Shown: in pieces, positions 40,301 through 52,989 of the stretch
Layout of the letters: each line of letters begins with the position of its first letter
Position numbering within the stretch: position 1 is the stretch's first letter
Source: Hydrolagus affinis
Taxonomy: Eukaryota
DNA: 64,000 nucleotides
Assembly (NCBI GenBank): GCA_012026655.1
Contig: JAAILG010001280.1
Location: 1-64,000, forward strand
Direction of reading: 5' to 3'
Notes under the pieces: model-generated
Told to the model about the DNA's origin: nothing
The model's input: only the letters and a program-made list of their open reading frames with translations
The model's database searches: none
Position numbers and translations under genes: made by a program

Positions 40301-41051
40301 TCATTTTTATGACCTGCCACTAAAATCTCCGAAGCCATACGTCTTCAATTGTATCTTTGGTCAACATCTTTAAATCTCTTATTGCCCTGTCAAATGTCTA
40401 CCCAACACTTGTTCCTTTATAGCAAGTTGTTGAGCATTTCCACTACAGTGCGCCACTTAAAAAGACAACCAACGAATAGGTCACTATTTCCTTCTAGGAT
40501 TGTTATCCAATCCGTCAAGGACACTGGGTCCCTTGAGTAAATTCTGCTGATAAAGGGGGACATGATCCTTAGCTTATAGAGACCCTGCAGTTTTTTTTTA
40601 TCAATTAAACCAACTTTTTCAGTAAGTTCCAAAACAATTCTTAGCCTCTGCTAATACCATTTTACAGTGCAAATTTTCCAGGTCGTTGATTACAAGAAAT
40701 AAAAGCTTAATCAGCTTTTTCTAACAACCTGAAATAAATTGAGATAGTTAGCCACACAAAAAAAAGTGCTTTGTGGTTTGTTTATTGAAAATATTCAATG
40801 GTGAATCATTGCGGCACATTAAGTCATTTGACCAATGCTATCTAATGCTAACTTGAACCTGGTTCTCAGGAAAATGAAGATTTTATGTGGTATTTCTGTA
40901 ATTCAATCAGGGCCACTCATTTCACCCTGTGTCCCTTTTGTGAATTTGCAGGCCACTTTTACAGCACACTTCTTCCTGTTTGCAAAATGTTTATTTTCTG
41001 GAACCCCTTCCCAATATCCTACTCTTATTCCAAGATGGAGAACGCTGACTG

Positions 41052-41480
41052 CAATCATTATAATTATTTTGGCATTTGATATGGCACCTATGGCATCAAA
41101 ATAGTTCTCACTACTTCACAGGTAATTGCTGTCAGGTGTAGTATCTATTCACAGGTCGACGTGACAGCCAATTCATGCATAGGAATGTTTTACAAATAGC
41201 CAGTCTTCAAGTGAACTCAATTTATCTGGAACAGGACACTAGGAGAAAATCCTTTCTTTTCAAAAGTGACACTAGATCTTTAACATTTACCTGATTAGGC
41301 AGAGGATTTAATGTCTTACTCAAAAGATGGCTCCTCTGTCAATGCACTGTTCACCCAGCATGAAATATGTCAGCGTAGATTATCAGATCAAAGTCCTCAC
41401 GTGGGGCTTGAACCCACCTCTTTCTGATCTATATCCAATGCCAATCTACATCCAATGCCAATGTCAACAGAGCCAAGCTA
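41052..41480 (-). mobile_element. Old DeuSINE copy (SacSINE1/AmnSINE1-like) with central Deu domain
   Basis: Plus strand has GTGGGGCTTGAACCCAC (B box region), TTTAATGTCTTACTCAAAAGATGGC, GTCAGCGTAGATT and GACAGCCAATT, the reverse complement of the Deu layout; L2-type tail near 41060. Confidence 0.7.
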
Positions 41481-44400
41481 ATATCTTAGAATAGCTGCTT
41501 GGGAAGAACACCCACATATCAAGTAACATTGAGGTCATCCTGATTTTTCAGTGTTTGACCACTAATCTGGTCAAGATCCCATAGGATGTCTGTGGCTTGA
41601 TCAAACAGTCAAGGATAAGTTTTCATGTGTTGAAAATGTGTGTGTGGTTGAGGACATATACCAAAGGAATCTTTCAAAGGAGTGAAGAGTACATTACTTG
41701 CTGAATCTGAATTTTCACTTGCAAAACTTTTGTTGCAGCGAAGCTTCAGTGGCCAGGTCTATTTCGTGCTGTGTCATTTTTATTTAGCCTTGATCAAGTA
41801 CAGAGTCAATGCCAAGGCAGGCAACACAAAAGTCTATCTGAGGAGGCAAATTGCCTGAGTGCCAGCGAAAGGCTCAAGTTGCTCTGGTCACAAGCACCAA
41901 CAGTGACAACCCCATTTCTTATACCCATGAAAACCATTGCGGAGCACAGTTTTATCAGTTCATCCAAAAGGAAAGGAGGGGTGGGGTTTTGCTGAGCAAG
42001 GAGAAAATGCTCAGTGTGAGGCAGAAATCGAGTACCAGAGGGAGGGGAAAAAGTGGCAGAAGTGAACAGATGAAAAGTAGAAATGCAAGGAATTAGGAAA
42101 TATTCTGGCATTTTGAATAACATAGATAAACAAGCATTATATTGGAATCACAAGCTCATAACTGAATATTGCAGTTGAAGTTTAATTTATGTTCTGAAAC
42201 AATTACATAGGATCATTGATTTACAAATTACATATTGCACTTGAAAGGACACTTCTTTCTTTCATAATGTTGTTGGTGACTGAAACCTTGCGTCTTTCCT
42301 GCTGAGTAACATGAATAATAAAATAGACAGGAGTTGACACCCAATAGTCACTGTGAGAAGACTGACAGTAAAAAAAAGCTAAGTAAGAAAGGGACAAAAT
42401 ATGAGAATGAAATAAGAAAAACAAAAAAAGAAACAGGAACATTTTCAAAACCTGACCATCAAATTGGATGAAGTCAGCTTTGAAAATTATTAATTGTACT
42501 TAGACACAAATCTGAAATCTCAGTGTATGATTAGTCCAATGCTTTATTTTCTGGCCTTAACAATGCACATTAATAAAACAGTAATTTTGTTTCTAATCAG
42601 CACAGAAGCACTCTTAATATAGCCCAGGGAGTACTTGCAACCCACTTCCCTTTCTTTACCTGTGGTTCACGTTCCTCCATGCTTTCATTCATACCCTTCA
42701 CTACTATAGGATTTCGAGGTCAAATTCAATGCCATTTCCTCATTTTAAGGTCTCATTAACAGGAAATACTCTTCAGTGGAGCACAAGTGATGAAGCTATC
42801 ACAATATCAAGAGAATAAGTGAAAGAGGTATTAACCAATAGTTTGCAGAAAGCTATTGATCCTACAGTCACTGTCCTCTTCTTATAAAGAAGAGCCTTCC
42901 TCTATTTGGCAACCAGCCAGTCGCATCATTGGAATCAGGAGCTCATCACGAGAGGAATCTTAAGAGACACAGACTTATCATCCCTTTACCCCATTATGTA
43001 GTTAGTGAAAATGGCACTGAAATAAAACAGTTTGTGAGAGTGGTGCTCAAATGCTTTACTGCATCTCAAAGGAACCAATTTCATATCAGATGGTATACAA
43101 TAAACAAGAGCGACCCGTTAAAAAGCAACTGAGGTTACTAATTCTGCAGTCAGGTTTCGCCAAATGGACTAGTTGTGAGCTAAAGATATTGGATCTTTTC
43201 AAAATTAGCAAGTTAACATGATGAAAATGAGTGATGGTACATTGGCAAAGGTAATAATTTGCCTAAGTACTAACTCCCATTTTCATATACATGGTAATTA
43301 CCATTGACATGTAAAATAGAGATAACAAAATATTTTATTTTTTGATTTTTTTTCAAATATCAACTTTTCCATAATCATTGAATGGTGTATTTGACAGAAG
43401 ATGCTTACTTATAAGAGTAATACATCTGTCATTGAAAATATCAGTTTCTCATACTACATTCACATTGATACAAGTAACACCAACACAAGTAGAACAGTGT
43501 CCTATAATGGATTTTGGAAGTTCTGGTTTGAAAGGAAGACATTTATTCTGGAGTGCAATCATTTAATTGTCCAAGCTATTTCCAAACTATTGTTTTACTG
43601 AAGATCGCTATGAAAGGTTTATGAAAACGTGAAAGAAGTGCAAAATCTTCAATAGGTGAAGCCTTCCAAAACCCAGTTAGGAGTTGTACTTAAACCCAAA
43701 ACCCATCCTGGAATAGTATACCAGGATTGAAAATGTAATATTCGGTATCTTTATTTGCAAATAGCAACTCCTACAGTTAGCCAGATGTGTATCATACTAA
43801 TCCGTGAGAATTCAAATTTGAAGTAATCTACTTTTGGAACAGAGTTCCAGTGAATCAGTCTTATGCACTTCCAGTTACCAGTATGCATCTCTATTTGCAA
43901 AAAGAGGTATAGAATATCACATTTTCACCCACACAGTCATACCTTCATTATAGCAAGGAGGGATGAGTGAACCAGCCTTGGTTTAAAATTGTCATATCAG
44001 TTCAACACAAACTGACTTCAGTCCATCACAAACTGGAACCTAAATCCTAACTATAACAATTAGAAAGTAATATTGAAGAAATAACTTGGCTTGGACAATA
44101 TTTTTTGGCAAATTAGGTTTGGATTTCTATAAAAACAGAATTCGGTCACTTTTCAGTAAATCCGAAATCAGGCAAGTTCTAGATTATCAGCCTGGTACCA
44201 CACTCACCCCCAACGCCAAGCAAGCTAGACTAGCCATAAGCCTACACAGCAAGTTTACAAGCTCACCTTACCTGCTTGTAGCATGGTTCAGGTCAGATTT
44301 AGCTACAGTATGGAGTCACCCCTGTGAAGGCTGTTGGTTGTACCCTGAAACGACTACATGTGTGAACACAGTATTAGGAACCCATATTCAGGGTAGTTCT

Positions 44401-47400
44401 TCCACAACAATATGAACAAGGATAATATATGCACCATATAATGAAACGTTCCGATTCATCAAAATTACCCAAACTGTTATAGTACACATAGTACTATATG
44501 AGATATGTATATGAGATCTAATAGTAAGTTACGATTTCACCAAATTTTAGGTTAAATTTAGAATTATTCTGGAAATGTGGCATCCACTGAAACTGGATTC
44601 AATGATAATTACTGTGTAATTATTTTAAATAACAGATGCTCAAACCATTTTAAAACTGCTAACATCATGTCAAAGATTTTACTTGAAAATGCATTTTTAG
44701 ATGTAAAGCAAATCTATGGTGGTAGATTTGCACTTCCGTTGTATTTCATAATCTTCAACAATAGACATCACTAAAGTTAACGGGAACTTGACTTTATCAC
44801 AGCAGATTCGGTTGAACAAAAGATTGTGCAAGTTTTAATTCACAATAACCAAACTTATAAAACTGAATGATCTAGGCTATTGCGTTTATGCCCACAAAGG
44901 TCCTCTTTAACCCCATTCTGAGAAGAAAAAAAAAGGATCCGCTTGCTCACGTCTTCAACATTTTTTTCCAGAGAGGGATCATCTGCATCAACTTTCACTA
45001 TCTATTATCATAGCCAGATTTACAGACTACAAAATAATTTAGAATCTTCAAATTCTTTCCAGACTGCACTATCCCAGTTCTTTAGGATTATTATATCTAT
45101 ATTGCTTTCAATTGCTTGTCCTTACACATGGTGGAAGCTTGTATACAATTAATAGCTTGTGATGAGGTCAAGCCACAAGAGCAAAACTAACTTCTGCAAT
45201 CAGGGTGCCTGAGAAGTTACAGCTTGCAACAAGCATCTTTAATTCATTTTCTTTATCTGTCCTGTCTGAGTCCATATTTTGCTTAACAATCAGTTTTTCC
45301 ATTATCACCATAAAAGGCAAAGCTAAAATGTTGAGACAATATATATTTTTCTACCAACACAGAAAAAAGTAAATAGGATGTGTTAACCAGAATATTCATT
45401 ATTCTACCTGCACTACACAGGATTCTGAAATTTCAGTAAAGTTCAGAGAGGAGCTAATACAACAAATCCAAATATGATTTTTCAGGATCCTCAGTACTTT
45501 ACAACAATGTTTAAATTAAATGAAGTTTTGTACCATGTAAAAAAGTATTTGTATCCACACAGTATTTACCTTGCTCATTTTAATCAACTTTCCCCTCAGT
45601 GCCATGCAGTGTAGACTAGGCACCGTGAAATCAATAGGACTCTATGGTAATGGAAAGTGTTTTCCCTCAGGAAGCCATTCTCAGTCATATTGTGCAATTG
45701 AGACTGGCCTCTGGAGGGAAATATTTTCCATTTCAAATTTACCTGCAATATTATGTTTTTTCATTTCCCTATAATTAAGACAAAAATAAGAGATTTAGCT
45801 TTTTCTGAATTCTGAGAAATAATTCTAAAATGCTTAATGGGAAACTATAAAATATTGGAGTGTCAAATACTAAGGATTCTCATTTCTTTCCCCAGCTTTT
45901 CCAATACCTTTAGCATTGATTTGCCCTAAAGTCTGGATTAGGTTCAAATCTCCAATTGTTGAAACTCTGATGGTGTGGTCAGTCCATACTTAGAAATGTC
46001 ATGTGGAAATCTGGTTGCCACAACATAAACTTTCAGTTGATAAACCTTTTTAAACATACCACCCATAGACCTCCATTTATGATTCTCATAACACAAGCAT
46101 ATCATGTTTACCAAAAATTGCAAGACCAAAGAAAGATGGTAACCACAATTGTTTTCGTAGTGTAAATGTATGACTACGTGGATGAGCAGCAGGTAATTAC
46201 CAGCAGACATAGTCACCAATGTCCAAGAGAATGTGAACAATTTTTCATTAAAATTTTCAATATGTATGTTAGTTTGGAGTCTCGGTATGTACCACTATAC
46301 CAAAACAGACTGCTGAAAAAACATTCTCCTTCTATGACTAAGCTCATAGGCTGTATGCTTTGTGTCAAGATTCCTAAGGTATTTAAAGGGGTTTAAAAAA
46401 AAATCTACAATCATTGCACTCTTAACACATACCTGTGTTCCTGCAGGAAAAAGTATATTTATAAACCATAACTTCTTGCAGTGAGAAGTTGGAATCTAGC
46501 TTCTTAATCTACTTATCCAATAACAATGATATTGAGCATTCAGGCTTCTATAGTGGAATTATTGTGTTTAGCAGGGAAGGCATTTTGGAGCCACCAATTT
46601 GTGGTAATAAACGTGCACATTCTACAAGAACACAATCCCAATATCTTCAGCACTTGCCCATCCCCACCCCCCACCACCACCCACCGCTGCACCATCAATT
46701 GAATGCTCCAGAACAACTTACTACAGTGGCAAATTACATGATTGTGATTTAAGCTGTTGTCTCCATAAACATTTGCACATTGGTATACCACTGCAAATTA
46801 GATCCACAACAGACATTCATATACACTATATATAATCAGGTTAGATATTTGTAAAATATCCGTTAGTAAGGCATGTACACAAGGCATGTACAATACCATA
46901 AACACACATTCTATATTATTTAAATGACTTGAAAGATTTCAAATGTAAAAAAAAGCCTTTGAAAGAAAGCAGGTTAGTAAACTTTAAATTCAATATTTAA
47001 TATAGTACATAAAATAGTAGTTATAATCATTGAATGATGAATGGGTTGTAAACCTTAGAATGTTCAGATCTTTAGAAACAACTCGAGCTTTGTTCAGGGT
47101 TCTATAATACAAAACCTCTAATTAGTTTCATAAACATAATAGAGGAGTATTATTTCCTCGTAATACACTAATTAATTCTAGTGAACCAGTGCACTCAGGC
47201 AGCCGCCCTTTCAAAACCGATAGAGTATCATGTCTAAAGATGTATGGTCCAGGAAGGAGGGGATGGGAAGGGAGACAGGTGGTAAGCTTCATCTCCCCGG
47301 GATTCAACTGGCCAGGCAGATCTATAATAATCCACAAGCACTGTTGATGATCAAACAATTTGATAATGAAACTTGAAAGTGGACATTTCCTTCAAATCAA

Positions 47401-47890
47401 AACCCTTCTCTCCAGCTAAGAGTGCAATTCTAGCTGTACAGTTTTCATTTGTTTCAAGTTACAGGTGGCCCACAGCAACTGAAAAAAACTCAAAAGTTTT
47501 ATCAAGAAATGGAAATAATTTTTAAAAAGTCGTGTAATTCAGGGAACTGTAAACCACTCATGCTTTGATGTTAATCATTTGTATTGTACACTTAACCACT
47601 CAGTAAGATTTATGAAATTATTTCTACCCAATTTTCTCAAGTTTGCATATACAAAACTTAACTGCATTTGTGGCAGTCAATTGGAGATCATCAATTGATA
47701 AATCACAGTGATTAAATCGCAGTCCTTAATCTTTGGTAAGGACATCATCATACATCAGCTTTGTAGATCTGCCTGGACTATTCCTTCAGAAAGGCAAAGA
47801 GAGGGGAAAGGGCAAACAGCGGCAAAACTATTCATACCTGGAGGAAATAATATGTTTGTATATATATATATATAGATATGTACACACACA

Positions 47891-48102
47891 GAGTAAAAGC
47901 CTGTTTATCCGGCACCCGATCAACCGTAACTTCCGTATAACCGGCACCTCAAAAAAGGTCCGCATTAGATTAACTGGAATTTATCTGGATAAATGTATTG
48001 TTTTTTTCAATTTTTTTTGTGTATTTTCGACCGAATATCTGGCACGCGCTTTAACCGGCATTGGCCAGATCCCGAGGGTGCTGGATAAATGGGCTTTTAT
48101 TG
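47891..48102. mobile_element. Tc1/mariner (pogo/Tigger-like) MITE
   Basis: ~26-bp imperfect TIRs GAGTAAAAGCCTGTTTATCCGGCACC / GGTGCTGGATAAATGGGCTTTTATTG; internal repeats of AACCGGCA; next to a (TA)n/(CA)n tract. Confidence 0.78.
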
Positions 48103-48929
48103 TGTAAAACACAATATATGCATATACAAAATAAATTCTAAATCTCAAGCGTTAAAAACTCAAGCATCCATTTCACCACTGTAGCCCACCAGTTCCTCTT
48201 CACCACTGTTGACACTCACCTGGACACCACACTGACCATATTCCAGTTTTAAGGTGTCCCCCATTTTTACCTATATGCTACAACAAAACAGTAAAGGATT
48301 AGTAACAAGCGTATATATAATTTCCTAGGATGTTTTGGTTGGTCCTTGTTACTGAACTGCAGTATTGTAAAAAAAACTGGTAGGTATTTCCATGCCCCTC
48401 TGGAAATTGCCCCTCTTGCCAGCTTCTAATCTCCATCAGTGCAAAGGTTCAAGGGGATTTACCTGGAGTTGAGGAAAGACTTAACGAAGATAAGAGAGGA
48501 AAGGGTATGGAATGGGGAGAGCTGGAATGGGGGCAGGACAAAAAGAACTCACTTGGGGCAGGGGAGCGAAAGAGACTCACCTGGGAGCATGTGTGTGTGT
48601 GTGGTGGTGGTGGGAGATTACATGACACATTCAGAGACCCATCACCATGCTTAAGAATATCCAAACCCAACAGAGAATTAACTCCCTACATTCCACCTAC
48701 GCATGAGAATCCTAGAGGTAGATTGCTGGGATGAAATGCACTCTCTCGCTGCCTCTCTGGAGGGGCACATCCCGCTCCCCTAATTCTGGAAAAAAAAAGT
48801 ATTAAGTCCAGATTGGCAAGAGCCAAGGATTGGGTAGGTGGCAGGAGAGATCTGGGGATGCCCAGAGTGTACATTGGACTAACTGCTGAAGTCTAACCAT
48901 CTTAAAAACACATAGCTTGCCATTGCCGG

Positions 48930-51170
48930 TCGGTCTGTCAAGCGTTCCGGCTGCTTGTCCTACTAAGGACCAGCCTACCCATCAAGGGGTTACACAGGGG
49001 GCGGCTTCCACACGTGACCAGTTCCAACCGTCAACGAAATTGAATCAGGCCGCGTGCTGAGGCCGGAGGTCAAGCAACCAATCGGATTGCAGAGTTTGGA
49101 GGGCACGTGGTCGGGCGCGTGGGCGGGACAGCTCTTCCCGCCCCCCGCCTGCGCACTGTTTACCGTGGAGGGAGAGGAAAGGTGGGGGAGGGAAGCGATA
49201 GCTGAATACACAGACTCCCTGTTGCTGGCTGGCTAACTGACACGCTGCAAGGAGAAGGAGGGGAGCAACAACAGCAGGAGGAGGAGGGGAGGGGGGAGTC
49301 AATCCCTGAAACAACAACAAACCCTTTTTTTTCTTCTCTCTACCCCCCCCCCACCTCCAAAAATTTTTTGCACCCGCACAAAACAAAACGGCACCAAAAA
49401 ATAATAATAATAACAATCCGCTGCTCACCTTTAACGGCCCGAGGTTTAGACTGTTTCCGTCTGGACATGTCCAGCTTTTCACTCTTCCGAAAGAATGGCT
49501 TCTCTCTGAGGCCAGGTGCCGTGGTCAGGTCCGGTCCAGACTTGACTTGTCTGGCGCTTTCCTCACATAAATCTGCTCGGTGGACGACGACCTCCTCCTC
49601 TCACCTCCTCTTCTTGCTGCCCCGTTGCAATGCGGCAACTTGAACCTCTCGGAGTGGACTGGACTGCGTGTGACGTCTCCCTCCCCCCCGCCCGTACTTT
49701 TGTCCACTGGTGCTGGAAACTAATGCCGGTCAGTCAGTCAATCCCCTCTGTGGTCTCTCTCTCTCTTATTTCTTTCTCGCCCCCCCACCCTCCCCCCCAA
49801 CTCCTTCCTTCCTTCCCTTGTCTTCTCTTCCCTTCCCGTTCTTCTCCGGCAACAACTTCTTTGCAACTGGTGGACGGACGCAAGTGACTCGTGGAGATAA
49901 TGTGTATGTGTGTGTATATATATATATAAAAAGAGAGCGAGAGATATCTTTTTGCACCGAGGATCCACTCGATAACGTGCTTCTATTGTTGTTTGCACCA
50001 AATATTTTTTTTCTCGACACGCCAGCCTTCCTCTCCTCCTCCTCCTCCCTCTTTCGTTGACCTCCACCTCCCGGAATCGGTAGCAAAAAAAATTGTTCAA
50101 AACAGCCGAAGACTCGTACTCTCACTCTTTCTAACAACACTGTTTATATATATATATATATATGTGTATATATACACATATATACACACACACACAGAAA
50201 AAAGTTAACAAAAAAAAGCCGGGACGCGATCGTGACTACCTTATTTACTAACTAACAACAAAAACTTAGCAAACGGGGATCACCTGTTCAGCCAGAAATC
50301 TACTGAGGGTGCGAGATGTCCCTTGTTTATCCTGCCCTGAAAGTGGCACGATCTCTCCCTTTTATTGCCACGCATAGAAATAATGTTGTGGTTGTTTCGC
50401 CTGGGCTTGCGTTCAGAAGAGCACAAGAGCGGCCGGCACGCTGTCACGGTGTGAGAGAGGCATGCACTGTGCTGGGGAGTAGATCTCTGCCATTGCGGTC
50501 CGGCTTTCCCGATCAGCGGCACAGCCAGCTCTTCTTTGTGGTGGGAGCGGAGCTGGCTTCTTAAGAACTGCGTTAGCGCGCAGTGCAGACACATAATAAG
50601 CTGGGAAATTCAAGTAAGGCCCAAACCCATCAGGACCTCTCCACGGGGGAGCTTTCCCGCAGGGAGACGCGCCACACGTAATCACGGAGGAAATCGCTGT
50701 CCAAGTGCAGAGCACGCATGGTGAATAATGAAAAATCTGAGTGCTCGATCGTGCCAAAAGCATGGAGCCATGGACAGACTGGATCGGACTCCACACAATG
50801 CAATGCAGCCTTATCGAGCGTCTTCGGACATCCAATCTCTAAATGAAGTACAGTACTTCAAATCTCCCCCGCACCCCCAACACATACACACACACACCTT
50901 CCAAAACTGCTAATCGTATATTGCTAACTATTATTTTGCCACACGGTCTGAAAATTAACTACTACATCGAGTTTATTTCTAAAACCTTTTTTAAAGAAAC
51001 AAATGTTTTTTTTTACCCCCTGTCTTACAAAGAAAGCGGAGTAACCGCATGAAACTAATTTAGAGCCCTATTGAGGAAAAAAATAGTTTCAAATCGCTAA
51101 AGTAAACGTGGTAACGGGTATAATTACAAGCGTGTGGCGATAAACAATCATTCGAAAACTCCAGTTTGAT
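48930..51170. promoter_or_regulatory. CpG island / promoter region of ZNF423
   Basis: Sharp rise in GC and CpG content against a CpG-poor, AT-rich background; spans exon 1; GC boxes, E-boxes, polypyrimidine/polypurine and (TA)n/(CA)n tracts. Edges approximate; TSS not resolvable. Confidence 0.88.
49429..49468 (-). CDS. ZNF423: ZNF423 coding exon 1 (MSRRKQSKPRAVK + 1 nt), N-terminal NuRD-interaction motif
   Basis: Minus strand reads ATG TCC AGA CGG AAA CAG TCT AAA CCT CGG GCC GTT AAA G|gtgagc: 40 nt, phase 1, inside a CpG island. MSRRKQxKP is the NuRD-binding motif of ZNF423/ZNF521/FOG/BCL11/SALL proteins. Confidence 0.96.
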
Positions 51171-52034
51171 TTGAGAACAGTCTTTCCTAATTATTGCAAC
51201 AGTATTAAAAAATGTCCCCGAAATAAGGAAAGAAATTATGAATGTTGAATTAATGTTAAGGCTGGTAATAGGCAGTACGGCATCAACCTCCTGTCCATTT
51301 AAGTAAATCGCTTCAAATGAACCACAAACTGCTTTAATGTTGCCATTACTGTACATCTCCTTTGATTCGCAGAAGCAATCTCTCACTCACAGTTTTTAAT
51401 AACCTAATTCCTATCGAACAATGGAAATTCTTTAGCTTCCAGCACGTAACTCCCTGCAGGGCACAGTGAATTTCAAAAATATCCATAATGATACAGTGGA
51501 ATTAAAAGGGTATTAGTGTTAGTAATTCGTTTACATCTAATTATAAACTGATGGAATTATGCCTATGTGGCTAACAAATATAATCGGTTTGAATTTATTT
51601 ATTTGTATGTGTGTGTGCTGAAACGTGGTAAGACGTGTTTTTAAACACAATTTACAGATAAGGGTAAAAACATAGGCAAGGAAAAGGACGGGTTAACAAC
51701 ATAATCTCTAAATGGCTTGAGCATAAAGCCAGTTTGTATTTTATTGCGGGGTCTGGGGGAGGGGGGGACTGTATATGAATGACGGAATTCTGCCCATATC
51801 TGGTTTATGTTTGTGTATCCGGCGTGAATCGCATGGATGAATTTGAACTCGGGTCTGGAAAAAAATATTGTAACTTGTAAAATAGTTTCCACTCGTATTT
51901 AGAGGTTATAAAATCGTAGTTTTTGTTCCAACAGAAATATTTACGAATAATGTACAGACCTGAAGACAGTTCTTACATTCTGTGCAATGCTGATGCTGGC
52001 GAGGGATATTGTCCGATAGGTGTTCAGGTGGCTT

Positions 52035-52048
52035 GCGCCCCCTGCTGG
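52035..52048 (-). promoter_or_regulatory. CTCF core motif CCAGCAGGGGGCGC
   Basis: Matches the CTCF consensus CCASYAGRKGGCRS at all positions, upstream of the ZNF423 CpG island. Confidence 0.7.
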
Positions 52049-52319
52049 TGAAACGTTAAATCAGTGCCTTTATCTTACTGAGGTAAGAGTACAGTACTGT
52101 ATTGGCATTTCAACAATAATAGTGTAATTTAAAATTATCCATCTGAAAGTATTATCTTGCTTAATAAAAGCAAAGTTTTACATTACTTTTTTGCTATAGA
52201 ATGTTAATATCATTTCAAAAACAATGATGCGCAGGCTCTTTTTCTTGAGTTAGACATATCTCTTGCACTTAAAAGTGAATTCCACATATTCATGCCACCT
52301 ATGCCTGGAAATTTCCCTT

Positions 52320-52715
52320 TGTCTGGAACGTGCATGCACTGTCCCCAGAGAGATGCACCTCCCTTACCTAATTTTGGAAAGTATTAGAGGCAGGTTAACA
52401 ATAGCCAAGGCTTGAGGACTCAAGGGTGCACATTGGGCAGCTGCAGTTTTACCAACCAAAGCATGCAAGTTACCCATTGGGAGTACTCTGGCAAGCTACC
52501 CACTACTTGTTCAACTAGAATACCATGCCCATTAGTGCTTTAGCCTTCAAGGTTAACAGGAGCCTATTGAATTGCCCCAGTGACTAGTCTGCTCCTCCAA
52601 ATCCTGTTGACGAGTCAGGCTGACTAGTCTATCATCAACAGTGCCTTGGAGTCCTCCAGATGTCCCTGGTTCTGGAACTGAGCTAGACTGCTACGGAGGG
52701 TTGACTTGCTTCCGA
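52320..52715 (+). repeat. Old interspersed repeat, copy B (unassigned family)
   Basis: See copy A at 7160-7600. Confidence 0.8.
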
Positions 52716-52989
52716 TATTCCATTATTAGATATGTTACCTTCGACTTGATTCAACTCTCAGGTGATTATTTCATTTTATTTCCCGTAGTGCATTAATAAT
52801 ATTGCTTTAAATACAGTGCTTCAAAAAAGCTTGTCTAGACTAACAGAACATTCTATTCAATACCATATATAAAATCTATCAGTGTCTCAAATTCAAATGA
52901 AGATGTATTGATTTTTTCCAAACAATAGTGGGGGAAATTCTCAACTGATAGTATTGTACTTACTTATTTCCTACTACAGTATATGCAAC

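Noticed and set aside
20406-49468. Assignment to the paralog ZNF521
   Set aside because: Exon 2 and exon 3 peptides match ZNF423 specifically; ZNF521 has a different sequence after the NuRD motif.
49045-50913. Many overlapping 60-145 aa ORFs in the CpG island
   Set aside because: Expected from GC-rich and low-complexity sequence; no protein family signal.
50600-52090. Divergent plus-strand lncRNA suggested by donor-like motifs (e.g. GAG|GTAAGA at ~52080)
   Set aside because: Isolated motifs only; no exon structure can be supported without transcript data.
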